Source: Candidatus Krumholzibacteriia bacterium
GTDB lineage: Bacteria > Krumholzibacteriota > Krumholzibacteriia > LZORAL124-64-63
Direction: 5' to 3'
DNA length: 64,000 nt
Assembly (NCBI GenBank): GCA_050174015.1
Contig: JBFXKG010000009.1
Span: 32,001 to 96,000, forward strand
Part shown: positions 36,763-48,662 of the stretch, in pieces
Layout: each line of letters starts with the position of its first letter
Numbering within the stretch: position 1 is the stretch's first letter
Notes under the pieces: generated by a model
Told to the model about the DNA's origin: nothing
Seen by the model: only the letters and a program-made list of their open reading frames with translations
Database searches by the model: none
Made by a program: the position numbers and the translations under genes

Positions 36763-37137
36763 TTGCCTACATTGAGCCAGCTGGTCCGCAAGGGCCGCAA
36801 GCCGATCACCGTCAAGAGCAAGTGCCCTGCCCTGCAGGCCTGTCCCCAGCGCAAGGGCGTCTGCACCCGCGTCTACACCCAGACGCCGAAGAAGCCCAAC
36901 TCGGCGCTGCGGAAGATCGCGCGCGTCCGGCTGACCAACGGCATCGAGGTCACGGCCTACATCCCCGGCGAGGGCCACAACCTGCAGGAGCACAGCATCG
37001 TGCTCGTGCGCGGCGGCCGGGTCAAGGACCTGCCCGGCGTCCGGTACCACATCATCCGTGGCACCCAGGACGCCTCCGGCGTCGACGCCCGGCGCCAGGG
37101 CCGCTCCAAGTACGGGGCCAAGCGTCCCAAGAGCTAG
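36763..37137 (+). CDS. rpsL: 30S ribosomal protein S12
   Basis: TTG start ([10 protein letters not shown]); [10 protein letters not shown] and [12 protein letters not shown] motifs. Confidence 0.98.
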   Translation: MPTLSQLVRKGRKPITVKSKCPALQACPQRKGVCTRVYTQTPKKPNSALRKIARVRLTNGIEVTAYIPGEGHNLQEHSIVLVRGGRVKDLPGVRYHIIRGTQDASGVDARRQGRSKYGAKRPKS

Positions 37138-37258
37138 AGCCGGCGGGCCAGGGAAGGCACGCCTGAAAATTCTGCGCCCGAGGGCGCCCCAGGAACTGGA
37201 TTTTGATGGCCGGCGCCGCCGGCACGACGGCGGGTGAACCGCCCAGGAGTGGAAAGAG

Positions 37259-37729
37259 ATGTCGCGTCGCAGGTCCCCCGAAAAGCGTAGTCTTCCGGCC
37301 GATCCCCGGCACGGTGATGTCATGGTGACCAAGTTCATCAACTACTGCATGAGGGACGGCAAGCGCAGCGTCTCCGAGAAGTCCTTCTACCGGGCCCTGG
37401 AGATCATCAAGGACAAGAGCGGCCAGGAGGGCATCGATGTCTTCCGCGCCGCCCTGAACAACGTGAAGCCCAGTGTGGAAGTGAAGTCCCGGCGCATCGG
37501 CGGTGCGACCTACCAGGTCCCCGTCGAGGTCCGGGCCGAGCGGCGGACCCAGCTGGCCATGCGCTGGCTGATCGGTTTCGCCCGGAGCCGGCCGGAGCAT
37601 ACCTTTGCGGAACGCCTGGCCGCCGAATTCATGATGGCGAGCAAAAACGAAGGACCGTCTATCAAGAAGCGCGAAGACACTCACCGCATGGCTGAAGCGA
37701 ACCGCGCGTTCGCCCACTGCCGCTGGTAA
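37259..37729 (+). CDS. rpsG: 30S ribosomal protein S7
   Basis: [12 protein letters not shown] and [12 protein letters not shown] motifs. Confidence 0.98.
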   Translation: MSRRRSPEKRSLPADPRHGDVMVTKFINYCMRDGKRSVSEKSFYRALEIIKDKSGQEGIDVFRAALNNVKPSVEVKSRRIGGATYQVPVEVRAERRTQLAMRWLIGFARSRPEHTFAERLAAEFMMASKNEGPSIKKREDTHRMAEANRAFAHCRW

Positions 37730-37939
37730 GGGTCCCTCTCGTTCGCCGACAAGCGCTCAGCAGCACACGGACGATTTGGACATTCGCATAGCCTGATCAT
37801 GTCCCGCGAACGGATTCGCGAGGGCTGGAGGCAAGGGAGACGCACTGCCCTTCAGGGGTCATGTGCGCTTTGTTCGGTTGGGTCCGGTCGTGACCCGCGC
37901 CTTCGGGCGCCGGTCGGCCGGTCCGCTGGGAGATGAGTC

Positions 37940-40033
37940 GTGGCCCGCGAGATCGCACTGCAGTCGGTTCGCAACATCGGGATCATGGCTCACATCGACG
38001 CCGGCAAGACCACCACGACCGAGCGGATCCTCTACTACACGGGGAGGGTCCACCGGCCGGGAGACGTGGACGACGGCGCGACCCAGATGGACTACATGGA
38101 GCAAGAGCGGGAACGGGGCATCACCATCATGTCCGCCGCCACGACCTGCTCCTGGAAAGGCCACTGGATCAACATCATCGACACCCCCGGGCACGTCGAT
38201 TTCACCGCCGAGGTGGAGCGCAGCCTGAGGATTCTCGATGGAGCGGTCGCGGTCTTCTGCGGCGTGGGCGGGGTTGAACCCCAGTCCGAAACCGTCTGGA
38301 GGCAGGCGGACCGCTACGGCGTCCCCCGGGTGGCGTTCATCAACAAGATGGACCGGATGGGAGCCGACTTCGGGCGGGCCGTGCAGAGCATGGTCGACCG
38401 CCTGGGGGCCCGGCCCCTGCCGCTGAACCTGCCCATCGGGGCGGAGGACGGCTTCAGGGGGGTCGTGGATCTGCTGGAGATGAGCGCACGGCTCTACCAC
38501 GACGAGGATCTGGGCGCGACCTTCGACACGGTCGCCGTTCCCGGGGAGATGGCGGACGAAGTGGCCGCCGCCCGGGCCGAACTCGTCGAAAAGGTCGCCG
38601 AGGTGGACGAGGAGCTGATGGAGCTCTTCCTGGCCGAGCGGGAGCCGGACCTCGAGCAGCTCAAGGCCGGCATCCGGCGAGCGACCCTGGCCGGGGAACT
38701 GGTTCCGGTCTTCTGCGGGTCGGCCCTGAAGAACAAGGGCGTGCAGAAGCTCCTGGACGGGATCGTGGAGTTCCTTCCCTCGCCCCTCGACCGGCCGGCC
38801 ATCGCGGGCCGCGCCCTGGTCGACAAGCAGCCGGGGGAGAGGACCGAGTCCCGGGCGCCGGCGGACGACGAGCCGTTCAGCGCCCTGGCCTTCAAGATCC
38901 TGGCCGACCCGTTCGCGGGCAGGCTGGCCTTCCTGCGGGTCTACAGCGGATCGCTGGAGGCCGGCAAGGTCGTCCTGAACGTGAACACGGGGAAGAAGGA
39001 GCGGATCCAGCGCCTGCTGCGCATCCACGCGGACAAGCGCGAGGATCTGAAGGAGACCCGGACCGGCGACATCGTCGCCGCGGTGGGGTTCAAGCTGATC
39101 CGCACGGGGGACACCCTGACGGATCTGGAAAGCCCCCTGGTCCTGGATGAAATGACCTTCGCCGAGCCGGTCATCTACATGGCCATCGAGCCGAAGACGA
39201 AGGCCGACCAGGACAAGATGGCCGAAGCCCTGCAGGCCATGGCGGACGAGGATCCCTCCTTCCAGGTGCGGAAGGACCCGGACAGCGGGCAGACCGTGGT
39301 CTGGGGCATGGGGGAGCTGCATCTGGAGATCGTCATCGACCGGATGCGCCGCGAGTACAAGGTCGCCTGCAACGTGGGGCGGCCGCAGGTGGCCTACCGG
39401 GAGACGATCACCCGGGAAGCCGTGGTCCGGGGCGAGTTCGAGCGGGAGCTCGCGGGCAAGTCGAACTTCGCCGCGGTGGAACTGGCCATCGCTCCCGGCA
39501 AGTACGGAACGGGCGTGACCTTCTCGAGCGAGGTCGGCCCCGGGGTGATCCCCCCGGAATTCGTCCCGTTCATCGAGAGTTCGGCCAAGCAGGCCTGCGA
39601 GACGGGAGTGCTGGCCGGATATCCCCTGGTCGATCTGTCCATCAGGCTGGTGGGCGGCAAGTGGATCGACGGGGAGTCGACCGAGATGGGGTTCCGCAAC
39701 GCCGCGACCAGCGCGATCTGGGACGGGGCGAAGAACGCGGACCCGGCCCTGCTGGAGCCCGTCATGGCGGTGGAGGTGACCGCGCCGGCGGAATTCCTCG
39801 GGGATGTGACCGGGCACCTGAACTCCCGCCGCGGGCGGGTGACCGGGATGGAACAGCGGGGTGGCGACCAGATCGTCCTCGCCGAGGTTCCCCTGGTGGA
39901 GATGTTCGGGTACGCCACGCAGCTCCGGTCGTTGACGCAAGGGCGCGGCGTGTTCTCGATGCAGCTGGCCAGGTACGAGAAGGTGCCGGAAAAGGTGGCC
40001 AGGGAGATCACGCGGCTGTACGCAGGAACTTAA
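37940..40033 (+). CDS. fusA: Elongation factor G family GTPase with divergent domain IV (EF-G2/recycling-type candidate)
   Basis: [30 protein letters not shown] and LRSLTQGR motifs; str-operon position. Confidence 0.95.
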   Translation: MAREIALQSVRNIGIMAHIDAGKTTTTERILYYTGRVHRPGDVDDGATQMDYMEQERERGITIMSAATTCSWKGHWINIIDTPGHVDFTAEVERSLRILDGAVAVFCGVGGVEPQSETVWRQADRYGVPRVAFINKMDRMGADFGRAVQSMVDRLGARPLPLNLPIGAEDGFRGVVDLLEMSARLYHDEDLGATFDTVAVPGEMADEVAAARAELVEKVAEVDEELMELFLAEREPDLEQLKAGIRRATLAGELVPVFCGSALKNKGVQKLLDGIVEFLPSPLDRPAIAGRALVDKQPGERTESRAPADDEPFSALAFKILADPFAGRLAFLRVYSGSLEAGKVVLNVNTGKKERIQRLLRIHADKREDLKETRTGDIVAAVGFKLIRTGDTLTDLESPLVLDEMTFAEPVIYMAIEPKTKADQDKMAEALQAMADEDPSFQVRKDPDSGQTVVWGMGELHLEIVIDRMRREYKVACNVGRPQVAYRETITREAVVRGEFERELAGKSNFAAVELAIAPGKYGTGVTFSSEVGPGVIPPEFVPFIESSAKQACETGVLAGYPLVDLSIRLVGGKWIDGESTEMGFRNAATSAIWDGAKNADPALLEPVMAVEVTAPAEFLGDVTGHLNSRRGRVTGMEQRGGDQIVLAEVPLVEMFGYATQLRSLTQGRGVFSMQLARYEKVPEKVAREITRLYAGT

Positions 40034-40112
40034 GCGAGGCGGAGAAATCCCCGGGGCCGGGACGACCCAGATCCGGGCAGGGGAGATCCAACTTTTCAGG
40101 AGGTAGCCAGCA

Positions 40113-41306
<1,194 letters not shown>

Positions 41307-41315
41307 TTCCGGAGA

Positions 41316-41342
41316 GGGGGGCGCGCAAGCGCTCCCCGTTTT
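41316..41342 (+). terminator. Terminator/attenuator-like hairpin after tuf copy 2
   Basis: GGGGGGCGC-GCAA-GCGCTCCCC followed by GTTTT. Confidence 0.55.
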
Positions 41343-41428
41343 CAGCAGTCGGGATCCCGCAAGGGTCACGCGACAGGTGAGCAGGCGCCCCCGGGCGACG
41401 CTGGAGTAGCCATCGCGAAGGAGAAGAA

Positions 41429-41737
41429 GTGGCTCGTCAGAAGATCAAGATCAGGTTGAGGGCGTACGATGCGGCAGTGCTGGACCGTTCCGCCGAGGTG
41501 ATCGTCGCCACGGCCCTGAAGACCGGCGCCCTGGTCAGGGGACCGATTCCCCTGCCGACGCGCAAGTCCATCTACACGGTCCTGCGCTCGACCTTCGTGG
41601 ACAAGAAGTCCCGCGAGCAATTCGAGATGAGGGTCCACAAGCGGCTCATCGAAATCGAGAATTCCACGCCCCAGACGACGGAATTCCTCAAGAAGTTGAC
41701 TCTCCCGGCCAGCGTGGACGTCGAGATCAAGGTCTGA
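41429..41737 (+). CDS. rpsJ: 30S ribosomal protein S10
   Basis: [15 protein letters not shown] and [14 protein letters not shown] motifs. Confidence 0.98.
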   Translation: MARQKIKIRLRAYDAAVLDRSAEVIVATALKTGALVRGPIPLPTRKSIYTVLRSTFVDKKSREQFEMRVHKRLIEIENSTPQTTEFLKKLTLPASVDVEIKV

Positions 41738-41774
41738 GTCCACTGCGTGGAGCGGATGTAAGGGAGCAATGACA

Positions 41775-42395
41775 ATGATCGGACTGATCGGCAAGAAACT
41801 CGGCATGACCAGGCAGTTCCAGGAGGACGGCCGGAGTGTTCCGGTTACCGTGATCCAGGCCGGCCCCTGCGTGATCACCCAGGTCAAGACCGAGGCGACG
41901 GACGGCTACGCCGCCGTCCAGATTGGGTTCGGCGCCAAGAAGGCCAAGAACACCCCGTTGCCCATGCAGGGGCACTTCCGCAAGGCGGGAACCACTCCCC
42001 TGCGCACCGTCGTGGAGTTCCGGGTCCCCGAAGGCCACTCCTTCAAGGCCGGCGACACCATCGGCGTCTCGATCCTGGCGGAAACCGTCCTGGTCGACGT
42101 GACCGGGACCACCAAGGGACGCGGTTTCGCCGGCAACATCAAGCGCCACGGGCACCACCGCGGCCCCGCGACCCATGGCTCCAAGAACGTGCGGGCCTCC
42201 GGTTCCATCGGCATGCACACGGAGCCCGGTCGGGTGGTTCCCGGCAAGCCCATGCCCGGCCAGCTGGGCAACAAACAGGAGACCAAGAAGAACCTGCAGG
42301 TGATTGCGGTGGACACCGAACGGAACCTGATCCTGGTCAAGGGCAGCGTTCCCGGCCACAAGAACGGTGTCGTCACCATCAGGGCCAGCCGCTGA
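41775..42395 (+). CDS. rplC: 50S ribosomal protein L3
   Basis: GKKLGMT, DGYAAVQIG and KGRGFAG motifs; alternative start at 41769. Confidence 0.98.
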   Translation: MIGLIGKKLGMTRQFQEDGRSVPVTVIQAGPCVITQVKTEATDGYAAVQIGFGAKKAKNTPLPMQGHFRKAGTTPLRTVVEFRVPEGHSFKAGDTIGVSILAETVLVDVTGTTKGRGFAGNIKRHGHHRGPATHGSKNVRASGSIGMHTEPGRVVPGKPMPGQLGNKQETKKNLQVIAVDTERNLILVKGSVPGHKNGVVTIRASR

Positions 42396-42439
42396 GAACC
42401 GGCAGGCCGGTTCTACCGGAAGCGAACGAGGTAAAGACA

Positions 42440-43075
42440 ATGGCAACGGCAAAACTCTACAGCGGCTCGGGCGACCAGAAGGGGACGGTGGATCTTCCCG
42501 CCTCCCTCTTCGAGCAGCCCGTCAACCGTCAGGCCCTTTACGAGGCCGTGCGGAACTTCCTGGCCAACCGGCGCCAGGGGACGCACGACACCCAGACAAG
42601 GGCCGAGGTCAGTGCCACCTCGGCCAAGATGTACCGGCAGAAGGGCACCGGTCGGGCCCGCGCCGGGTCGGTGGCCAGCCCCGTGCGGGTCGGCGGCGGC
42701 GTGGCCTTCGGTCCGCATCCGCGCGACTACAGCTACGTGCTGCCGCGGAAGATCAAGCGTGTCGCCCTCAAGAGCGCCCTGTCCGACCGGGCCAACCACG
42801 ACCGCGTCGCCGTGGTCGAGGCCTTGACGGTGGACGCACCGCGCACCCGGCCCATGGCCGCCCTGCTGAAGGCGATGGGCCTGACCGGCCGGCACACGCT
42901 GGTCGTCCTGCCCGCGGGCGGGGCCGGGGACAACCTGTACAAGTCCTTCAGGAACCTCAACGGCGTCAGGGTGCTCCGGGCCGACGAGCTGAACGCCTAC
43001 ACCATCCTGTGGGCCGACAACCTGGTGTTCACGGCCGACGCCCTCGAAGGCGCCGAGGAGGTGTTCGGATCATGA
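42440..43075 (+). CDS. rplD: 50S ribosomal protein L4
   Basis: RQGTH, RQKGTGRARAG and GGGVAFGP motifs. Confidence 0.98.
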   Translation: MATAKLYSGSGDQKGTVDLPASLFEQPVNRQALYEAVRNFLANRRQGTHDTQTRAEVSATSAKMYRQKGTGRARAGSVASPVRVGGGVAFGPHPRDYSYVLPRKIKRVALKSALSDRANHDRVAVVEALTVDAPRTRPMAALLKAMGLTGRHTLVVLPAGGAGDNLYKSFRNLNGVRVLRADELNAYTILWADNLVFTADALEGAEEVFGS

Positions 43076-43362
43076 AGGACCTCAGCAAGGTCATCAGGAA
43101 GCCCCTGATCACCGAACAGGGCACCGTGATGCGCGAGCTGCACAACCAGTACTACTTCGAAGTCGCGCCCGAGGCCAACAAGCACGAGATCAAGCAGGCG
43201 GTGGAGCATTTCTTCGGGGTCAAGGTGACCCAGGTGCGGACCATGAACTGCCGCGGCAAGATCAAGCGCATGGGCCGGTTCCAGGGCAAGCGGGCCGACT
43301 GGAAGAAGGCCGTCGTGACTTTGGCCAAAGACGATACCATCGATCTGTTCGAGATCGTCTAA
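43072..43362 (+). CDS. rplW: 50S ribosomal protein L23
   Basis: PLITE, ANKHEIKQAVE and WKKAVVTL motifs; ATGA overlap with rplD. Confidence 0.97.
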   Translation: MKDLSKVIRKPLITEQGTVMRELHNQYYFEVAPEANKHEIKQAVEHFFGVKVTQVRTMNCRGKIKRMGRFQGKRADWKKAVVTLAKDDTIDLFEIV

Positions 43363-43380
43363 GCAGGGGAGCAGGCGAGA

Positions 43381-44211
43381 ATGGCAATCAGGAAACTCAA
43401 GCCCGTGACGCCGACCCAGCGGTTCCGGACCGTCGCGGATTTCAGCGAGATAACCAGGACCGAGCCGGAGAAGTCCCTGCTCGAGCCCCTGCGCAAGAAG
43501 GGCGGCCGCAACAACAACGGCCGCATCACGGTGCGGCGGCGGGGCGGCGGCCACAAGCGGCGCTACCGCAAGATCGACTTCAAGCGGACCAAGCACGGCG
43601 TGCCGGCGAAGGTCTTCAGCGTGGAGTACGATCCCAACCGCAGCGCCCGCATCTGCCTCCTCCACTTCGTGGACGGGGAGAAGCGTTACATCCTGTGGCC
43701 CAAGGGCCTGAAGGTCGGCGACGAGGTCCTTTCGGGGCCCCAGTCCCCCTTCAACACCGGCAACGCGCTGCCCCTGGAGAGGATTCCCCTGGGCACGCTG
43801 GTGCACAACGTCGAGCTGACCATCGGCAAGGGCGGCCAGCTGGCCCGCAGCGCCGGCTCCTACGCCCAGGTCATGGCGAAGGAAGGCGACTACGCCACCC
43901 TGCGCCTGCCCAGCGGCGAGGTCCGCATGGTCCACCGCAAGTGCTATGCGACCATCGGCGAGGTCGGCAACGCCGAGCATGAGAACGTGGTCAGCGGCAA
44001 GGCCGGGCGTTCGCGCTGGCTGGGCATGCGGCCCAAGGTGCGCGGCGTGGCCATGAATCCCGTCGATCACCCGCACGGCGGCGGCGAGGGCCGCACCAGC
44101 GGCGGCCGCCATCCGGTGACCCCCTGGGGCATGCCCACCAAGGGGTTCAAGACGCGCAAGAAGCAGCCTTCGGATGCCTTCATCGTGCGGCGCCGCAAGG
44201 TCAAGAAGTAG
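43381..44211 (+). CDS. rplB: 50S ribosomal protein L2
   Basis: [17 protein letters not shown] and [13 protein letters not shown] motifs. Confidence 0.99.
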   Translation: MAIRKLKPVTPTQRFRTVADFSEITRTEPEKSLLEPLRKKGGRNNNGRITVRRRGGGHKRRYRKIDFKRTKHGVPAKVFSVEYDPNRSARICLLHFVDGEKRYILWPKGLKVGDEVLSGPQSPFNTGNALPLERIPLGTLVHNVELTIGKGGQLARSAGSYAQVMAKEGDYATLRLPSGEVRMVHRKCYATIGEVGNAEHENVVSGKAGRSRWLGMRPKVRGVAMNPVDHPHGGGEGRTSGGRHPVTPWGMPTKGFKTRKKQPSDAFIVRRRKVKK

Positions 44212-44255
44212 CAGGCCGGAGCAGTCGTTCCGTTCAGAAGTGAGGATGAGAAGGT

Positions 44256-44519
44256 ATGGCGAGATCAATCAAGAAGGGGCCCTTCATTCAAGAGTCTCTC
44301 CTGGCCAAGATCGAGGACCTGAACAGCAAGAGCGAGAAGCGGGTCGTCAAGACCTGGTCCCGCCGCTCGACGATCGTTCCGGAGTTTCTCGGTCACACCA
44401 TCGCCGTCCACAACGGCCGGCAGTTCGTGCCCGTTTACGTCCAGGAAAACATGGTGGGACACAAGCTCGGTGAATTCGCCCCGACCCGTACGTACCGCGG
44501 GCACACCAGCAAGAAGTAG
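44256..44519 (+). CDS. rpsS: 30S ribosomal protein S19
   Basis: [15 protein letters not shown] and [11 protein letters not shown] motifs. Confidence 0.99.
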   Translation: MARSIKKGPFIQESLLAKIEDLNSKSEKRVVKTWSRRSTIVPEFLGHTIAVHNGRQFVPVYVQENMVGHKLGEFAPTRTYRGHTSKK

Positions 44520-44532
44520 CGGAGGTTGACCG

Positions 44533-44880
44533 ATGGAGGCACGAGCCGTCTCCCGACACATCCGGATCTCGGCCCGCAAGGCCCGCCTGGTGGCGGACCT
44601 GATCCGGGGCAAGAGCGTGGACGAAGCGCTGGGCATCCTGGCGCTGACGCCGAAGAAGGCCTCCCCCATCCTGCGCAAGGTGGTGCTCTCGGCGAGCGCC
44701 AACGCCAGGGACAAGAGCGAGGGGGAGCGCAAGGTGAAGGACGCCGATCTCTTCATCAAGGAGATCCGGGTCGATGAAGGTCCGACGCTCAAGCGGATCC
44801 GTCCGCGGGCCCAGGGCCGGGCTTACCGCATCAACAAGCGGACCAGCCACGTGCAGGTCACGGTGGGCACCGGTCGCTGA
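44533..44880 (+). CDS. rplV: 50S ribosomal protein L22
   Basis: [19 protein letters not shown] and KRTSH motifs. Confidence 0.98.
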   Translation: MEARAVSRHIRISARKARLVADLIRGKSVDEALGILALTPKKASPILRKVVLSASANARDKSEGERKVKDADLFIKEIRVDEGPTLKRIRPRAQGRAYRINKRTSHVQVTVGTGR

Positions 44881-44972
44881 CCGGAGGATACCCGCCCGGC
44901 TGCGGTAACTGCGGCGCCGCAGCGCAGATGAGAACCGGCGCCCCTCCGGGGGCAGCCCAAGGAAGGATGAGC

Positions 44973-45647
44973 ATGGGTCAGAAAACGCATCCGATCGGAT
45001 TCCGCCTGGGGATCGTCAAGGACTGGAACTCGGCCTGGTTCAGCGACAAGCACTTCGCCGACTGGTTGAACGAGGACCTGTTGCTGCGGAAGTACCTGAT
45101 GGCCCGCGTCGGCAACGCCGGCGTCGAGTCCATCAAGATCAAGCGGTACCGGGAGAGGGTGAACATCATCATCGCCACCAGCCGCCCCGGCGTCGTCATC
45201 GGCAAGAAGGGCGTGAAGGCGGATCAGCTGCGCGCCGAGCTGCAGAAGATGATCGGCAAGAACGTCAAGCTGGACGTCGAGGAGGTCAAGAAGCCCGAGC
45301 TGAGCGCTCCCCTGGTCGCCGACCACATCGCCGCCCAGCTCGAGGGCCGCGTCGCCTTCCGCCGGGCCATGAAGAAGTCGATCGCCACGGCCATGCGGAT
45401 GGGGGCCAAGGGGATCAAGATCCGCTGCGCCGGCCGCCTGGGCGGGGCCGAGATGGCCCGGACCGAGAGCTACCATGACGGGAGCGTGCCCCTGCACACC
45501 CTGCGCGCGGACATCGACTACGGGACGGCGACGGCCCGGACCCAGTACGGCGCCATCGGGGTGAAGGTCTGGATCTGCAAGGGGGAGATCTTCCCGGCGG
45601 AATTCAAGGACCAGCTGCGCAAGCAGGTTGTGGAACAGCGAGCCTGA
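44973..45647 (+). CDS. rpsC: 30S ribosomal protein S3
   Basis: [23 protein letters not shown] and [11 protein letters not shown] motifs. Confidence 0.98.
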   Translation: MGQKTHPIGFRLGIVKDWNSAWFSDKHFADWLNEDLLLRKYLMARVGNAGVESIKIKRYRERVNIIIATSRPGVVIGKKGVKADQLRAELQKMIGKNVKLDVEEVKKPELSAPLVADHIAAQLEGRVAFRRAMKKSIATAMRMGAKGIKIRCAGRLGGAEMARTESYHDGSVPLHTLRADIDYGTATARTQYGAIGVKVWICKGEIFPAEFKDQLRKQVVEQRA

Positions 45648-45739
45648 TCCGGTGCCCTGCACCGGGTCCGCGGGACTGACCGGATAGAAGGTCTTGGGCG
45701 AAGCCCCGGAGGCGGCCCAGAACACAAGGACGACGAACC

Positions 45740-46153
45740 ATGTTGATGCCGAAGCGCACCAAGTACAGGAAGATGATGAAGGGCAAGCGGCGAGGCCTGG
45801 CCCACCGCGGCTCCACCATCGCCTTCGGGGACTACGGCCTGCAGGCCCTCGATTGCGGCTGGATCACCAGCCGGCAGATCGAGGCCACCCGTGTCGCCAT
45901 CACCCGCCGGATGAAGCGTATGGGCCAGGTGTGGATCCGCGTCTTCCCGGACAAGCCGATCACCCTGAAGCCCGCCGAGACCCGCATGGGCAAGGGCAAG
46001 GGCGCCCCCGAGTACTGGGTCGCCGTGGTCAAGCCCGGCCGGATCCTCTTCGAGATCAACGGAGTGGACCTGGCGCTGGCCAAGAAGGCCCTGGCCCTCG
46101 GCGCCGCCAAGCTGCCGTTCAAGACCCGGATCATCAGCAGGCTGGGAGAGTAG
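45740..46153 (+). CDS. rplP: 50S ribosomal protein L16
   Basis: [16 protein letters not shown] and RMGKGKG motifs. Confidence 0.99.
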   Translation: MLMPKRTKYRKMMKGKRRGLAHRGSTIAFGDYGLQALDCGWITSRQIEATRVAITRRMKRMGQVWIRVFPDKPITLKPAETRMGKGKGAPEYWVAVVKPGRILFEINGVDLALAKKALALGAAKLPFKTRIISRLGE

Positions 46154-46155
46154 TC

Positions 46156-46353
46156 ATGAGGAAAGCGAGCGAACTGCGGGACCTGTCCCTCGAGGAGCTG
46201 GAGAGCATCGAGAGGGAGAAGTCCGAAGAGCTGATGAACACGAAGATCCAGCTCAAGTTGCGTCATCTGGATAATCCCCTGCAGGTGCGGGAGGCTCGCC
46301 GCGAGCTGGCCGTCGTCAAGACGGTCATCAACCAGAAGAGGGCCGCCCGGTAG
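46156..46353 (+). CDS. rpmC: 50S ribosomal protein L29
   Basis: KASELRDLS...LDNP...RRELAVVKTVI; synteny. Confidence 0.95.
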   Translation: MRKASELRDLSLEELESIEREKSEELMNTKIQLKLRHLDNPLQVREARRELAVVKTVINQKRAAR

Positions 46354-46412
46354 GGTGAACAAGGTCGGCCCCCCGGTCCCCGAGGGCCGGTGCGGCCAAG
46401 GAGAAGGTCAAG

Positions 46413-46676
46413 ATGGCTAACACTGAACGGAACCTGAGGGCGACGAGGATCGGCGAGGTCGTTTCCGACAAGATGGACAAGACCGTCGTGATCAAGGTCA
46501 GCCGGCGTTTCCCTCATCCTCTGTACAAGCGGATCATCACGCGGACGGCAAAGCTCGTCGCCCACGACGAGGAAAACACCTGCCACGTGGGTGACATCGT
46601 CAGGGTCATGGCCACCCGCCCGATTTCCAAGCGCAAGCGCTGGCGCGTCTCGGAAGTTCTGGAACGGGCGAAGTAA
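46413..46676 (+). CDS. rpsQ: 30S ribosomal protein S17
   Basis: [13 protein letters not shown] and RPISKRKRW motifs. Confidence 0.98.
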   Translation: MANTERNLRATRIGEVVSDKMDKTVVIKVSRRFPHPLYKRIITRTAKLVAHDEENTCHVGDIVRVMATRPISKRKRWRVSEVLERAK

Positions 46677-46709
46677 ACCCGGGGCGATCGAGCCCGGAGG
46701 AATGGTGCA

Positions 46710-47081
46710 ATGATTCAGGAATACACGAAACTGGTAATCGCGGACAACTCCGGCGCCAAGACGGCGCAGACGATCCGCATCCTGGGCGGGAGCAAGCGTC
46801 GCTATGCCCGCGTGGGGGACATCGTGGTGGCGTCCGTGAAGACGGCCATCCCCAACGGCAACGTCAAGAAGGGCCAGGTCGTCAAGTGCGTCATCGTGCG
46901 CACGGCCAAGGAAGTGGGGCGCAAGGACGGCTCCTACATCCGCTTCAGCGACAACGCCGCGGTGATCCTGCAGGGCGACACCCAGGAGCCCGTGGGGACG
47001 CGCATCTTCGGCCCCGTCGCCCGGGAGCTGCGCGACAAGAAGTTCATGAAGATCGTTTCCCTGGCCCCGGAGGTCCTGTAA
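46710..47081 (+). CDS. rplN: 50S ribosomal protein L14
   Basis: [17 protein letters not shown] and SLAPEVL motifs. Confidence 0.99.
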   Translation: MIQEYTKLVIADNSGAKTAQTIRILGGSKRRYARVGDIVVASVKTAIPNGNVKKGQVVKCVIVRTAKEVGRKDGSYIRFSDNAAVILQGDTQEPVGTRIFGPVARELRDKKFMKIVSLAPEVL

Positions 47082-47395
47082 TGAGGATCAAGAAGAACGA
47101 CCTGGTCAGGGTCATGACCGGCAACGACCGGGGCAAGGAGGGGAAGGTCCTGAAGGTCTTCCCGGAGAAGAACCGGATCATCGTGGAGAAGGTCAACCTG
47201 ATCAAGCGCCATACCCGGGCCAGCCGTGACGTGCCCCAGGGCGGCATCATCGAGAAGGAAGGCCCGATCAACGCTTCGAACGTCATGCTGGTCTGCCCCA
47301 ATACCGGGAAGCCGACCCGCATCGGCAAGGACATCCTCTCTGACGGTAGCCGCGCTCGCGTCAGCAAGAAGAGCGGCGAAATGCTGAACGACTAG
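47081..47395 (+). CDS. rplX: 50S ribosomal protein L24
   Basis: [19 protein letters not shown] and [20 protein letters not shown] overlap with rplN. Confidence 0.97.
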   Translation: MRIKKNDLVRVMTGNDRGKEGKVLKVFPEKNRIIVEKVNLIKRHTRASRDVPQGGIIEKEGPINASNVMLVCPNTGKPTRIGKDILSDGSRARVSKKSGEMLND

Positions 47396-47421
47396 TTCCG
47401 CAGGTAGGAAGGAATGGAGAT

Positions 47422-47973
47422 ATGGCTGCTGCAGTGAAACCCCGCCTGCGGGAAATCTATGAGCAGGAAGTGGCTGCGGCCCTGCAGGAGAAGTTCGGCT
47501 TCGCCAGTCCCATGCAGGTGCCCAGGCCGGTCAAGGTCGTGATCAACATGGGCCTGGGCCGCGCCTTCAACAACCCCAAGATCATCGAGACCGCCATCGA
47601 GGAGCTGGGGATCATCACGGGCCAGAAGGCCGTGCCGACCAAGGCCCGCAAGTCCATCTCGAACTTCAAGGTTCGCGAGGGCATGAACATCGGCGCCCGG
47701 GTCACCCTGAGGGATCGGCGCATGTGGGAGTTCCTCGACCGGTTCATCAACTTCGGCCTGCCGCGCATCCGGGACTTCCGGGGCGTGCCCGCCAAGTTGA
47801 GCGGCAGCGGGGACTACACCCTGGGCCTGAAGGATCAGGTGATCTTTCCGGAGATCGAATACGACAAGATCGACGAGCCCCGGGGCATGAACATCACCAT
47901 CGTCACGACGGCCAAGAACGACGAGGAAGGTCGCGAACTGTTGCGGCTCCTGGGTATGCCGTTCCGGCGCTAA
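47422..47973 (+). CDS. rplE: 50S ribosomal protein L5
   Basis: [25 protein letters not shown] and FPEI motifs. Confidence 0.98.
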   Translation: MAAAVKPRLREIYEQEVAAALQEKFGFASPMQVPRPVKVVINMGLGRAFNNPKIIETAIEELGIITGQKAVPTKARKSISNFKVREGMNIGARVTLRDRRMWEFLDRFINFGLPRIRDFRGVPAKLSGSGDYTLGLKDQVIFPEIEYDKIDEPRGMNITIVTTAKNDEEGRELLRLLGMPFRR

Positions 47974-47986
47974 GGAGGAAGAAAGA

Positions 47987-48172
47987 GTGGCCAGGAAATC
48001 ACTGATCGCCAAGGCCCAGCGTAAGCCCAAATTCAAGGTTCGGGCTTACAACCGCTGCCGCCGTTGCGGCCGGCCCCGCGGTTACCTGAGGAAATTCGGC
48101 ATTTGCCGTATCTGTTTCCGGCAGCTCGCCCTCAACGGCGACATCCCGGGTGTCACCAAGGCCAGCTGGTAG
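47987..48172 (+). CDS. rpsN: 30S ribosomal protein S14, Zn-binding type Z
   Basis: 61 aa; NRCRRCGR...CRICFR...GVTKASW. Confidence 0.98.
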   Translation: MARKSLIAKAQRKPKFKVRAYNRCRRCGRPRGYLRKFGICRICFRQLALNGDIPGVTKASW

Positions 48173-48192
48173 AGCGAACCAGGAGCGAGATC

Positions 48193-48600
48193 ATGAGCAT
48201 GACCGATCCCATTGCGGATATGTTGACCCGCATCCGGAATGCCATCCAGGCAGGTCACCGGAAGGTCGACATCCCGGCCTCCAGCCAGAAGCGGGCCATG
48301 GCCCAGCTGCTGCAGGAGCAGGGATACATCGAGAAGTTCGAGTTCGTCAACGACAACGCCCAGGGCACGCTGCGCCTCGTCCTGAAGTACTACAACAAGG
48401 ACGGGAAGCGGACCGGCGTCATCGAGGGGATCCGGCGGGTCAGCCGTCCCGGCCGGCGGATCTTCGCGGGCAAGGACAGCATCCCCAAGGTTTGCGGCGG
48501 GTACGGGATCGCCATCCTGTCCACGAACCAGGGCATTCTCACGGGCCACCAGTGCCGGATGCGGGGCGTCGGCGGCGAGGTGCTCTGCGAGGTCTGGTAA
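48193..48600 (+). CDS. rpsH: 30S ribosomal protein S8
   Basis: DPIADMLTRIRNA, SRPG and GGEVLCEVW motifs. Confidence 0.98.
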   Translation: MSMTDPIADMLTRIRNAIQAGHRKVDIPASSQKRAMAQLLQEQGYIEKFEFVNDNAQGTLRLVLKYYNKDGKRTGVIEGIRRVSRPGRRIFAGKDSIPKVCGGYGIAILSTNQGILTGHQCRMRGVGGEVLCEVW

Positions 48601-48662
48601 CCCCAGCAGTCATTGTTCGGGACGGGATCACTGGAATCGTTCCGGAATGTCGGAGGAAAACG

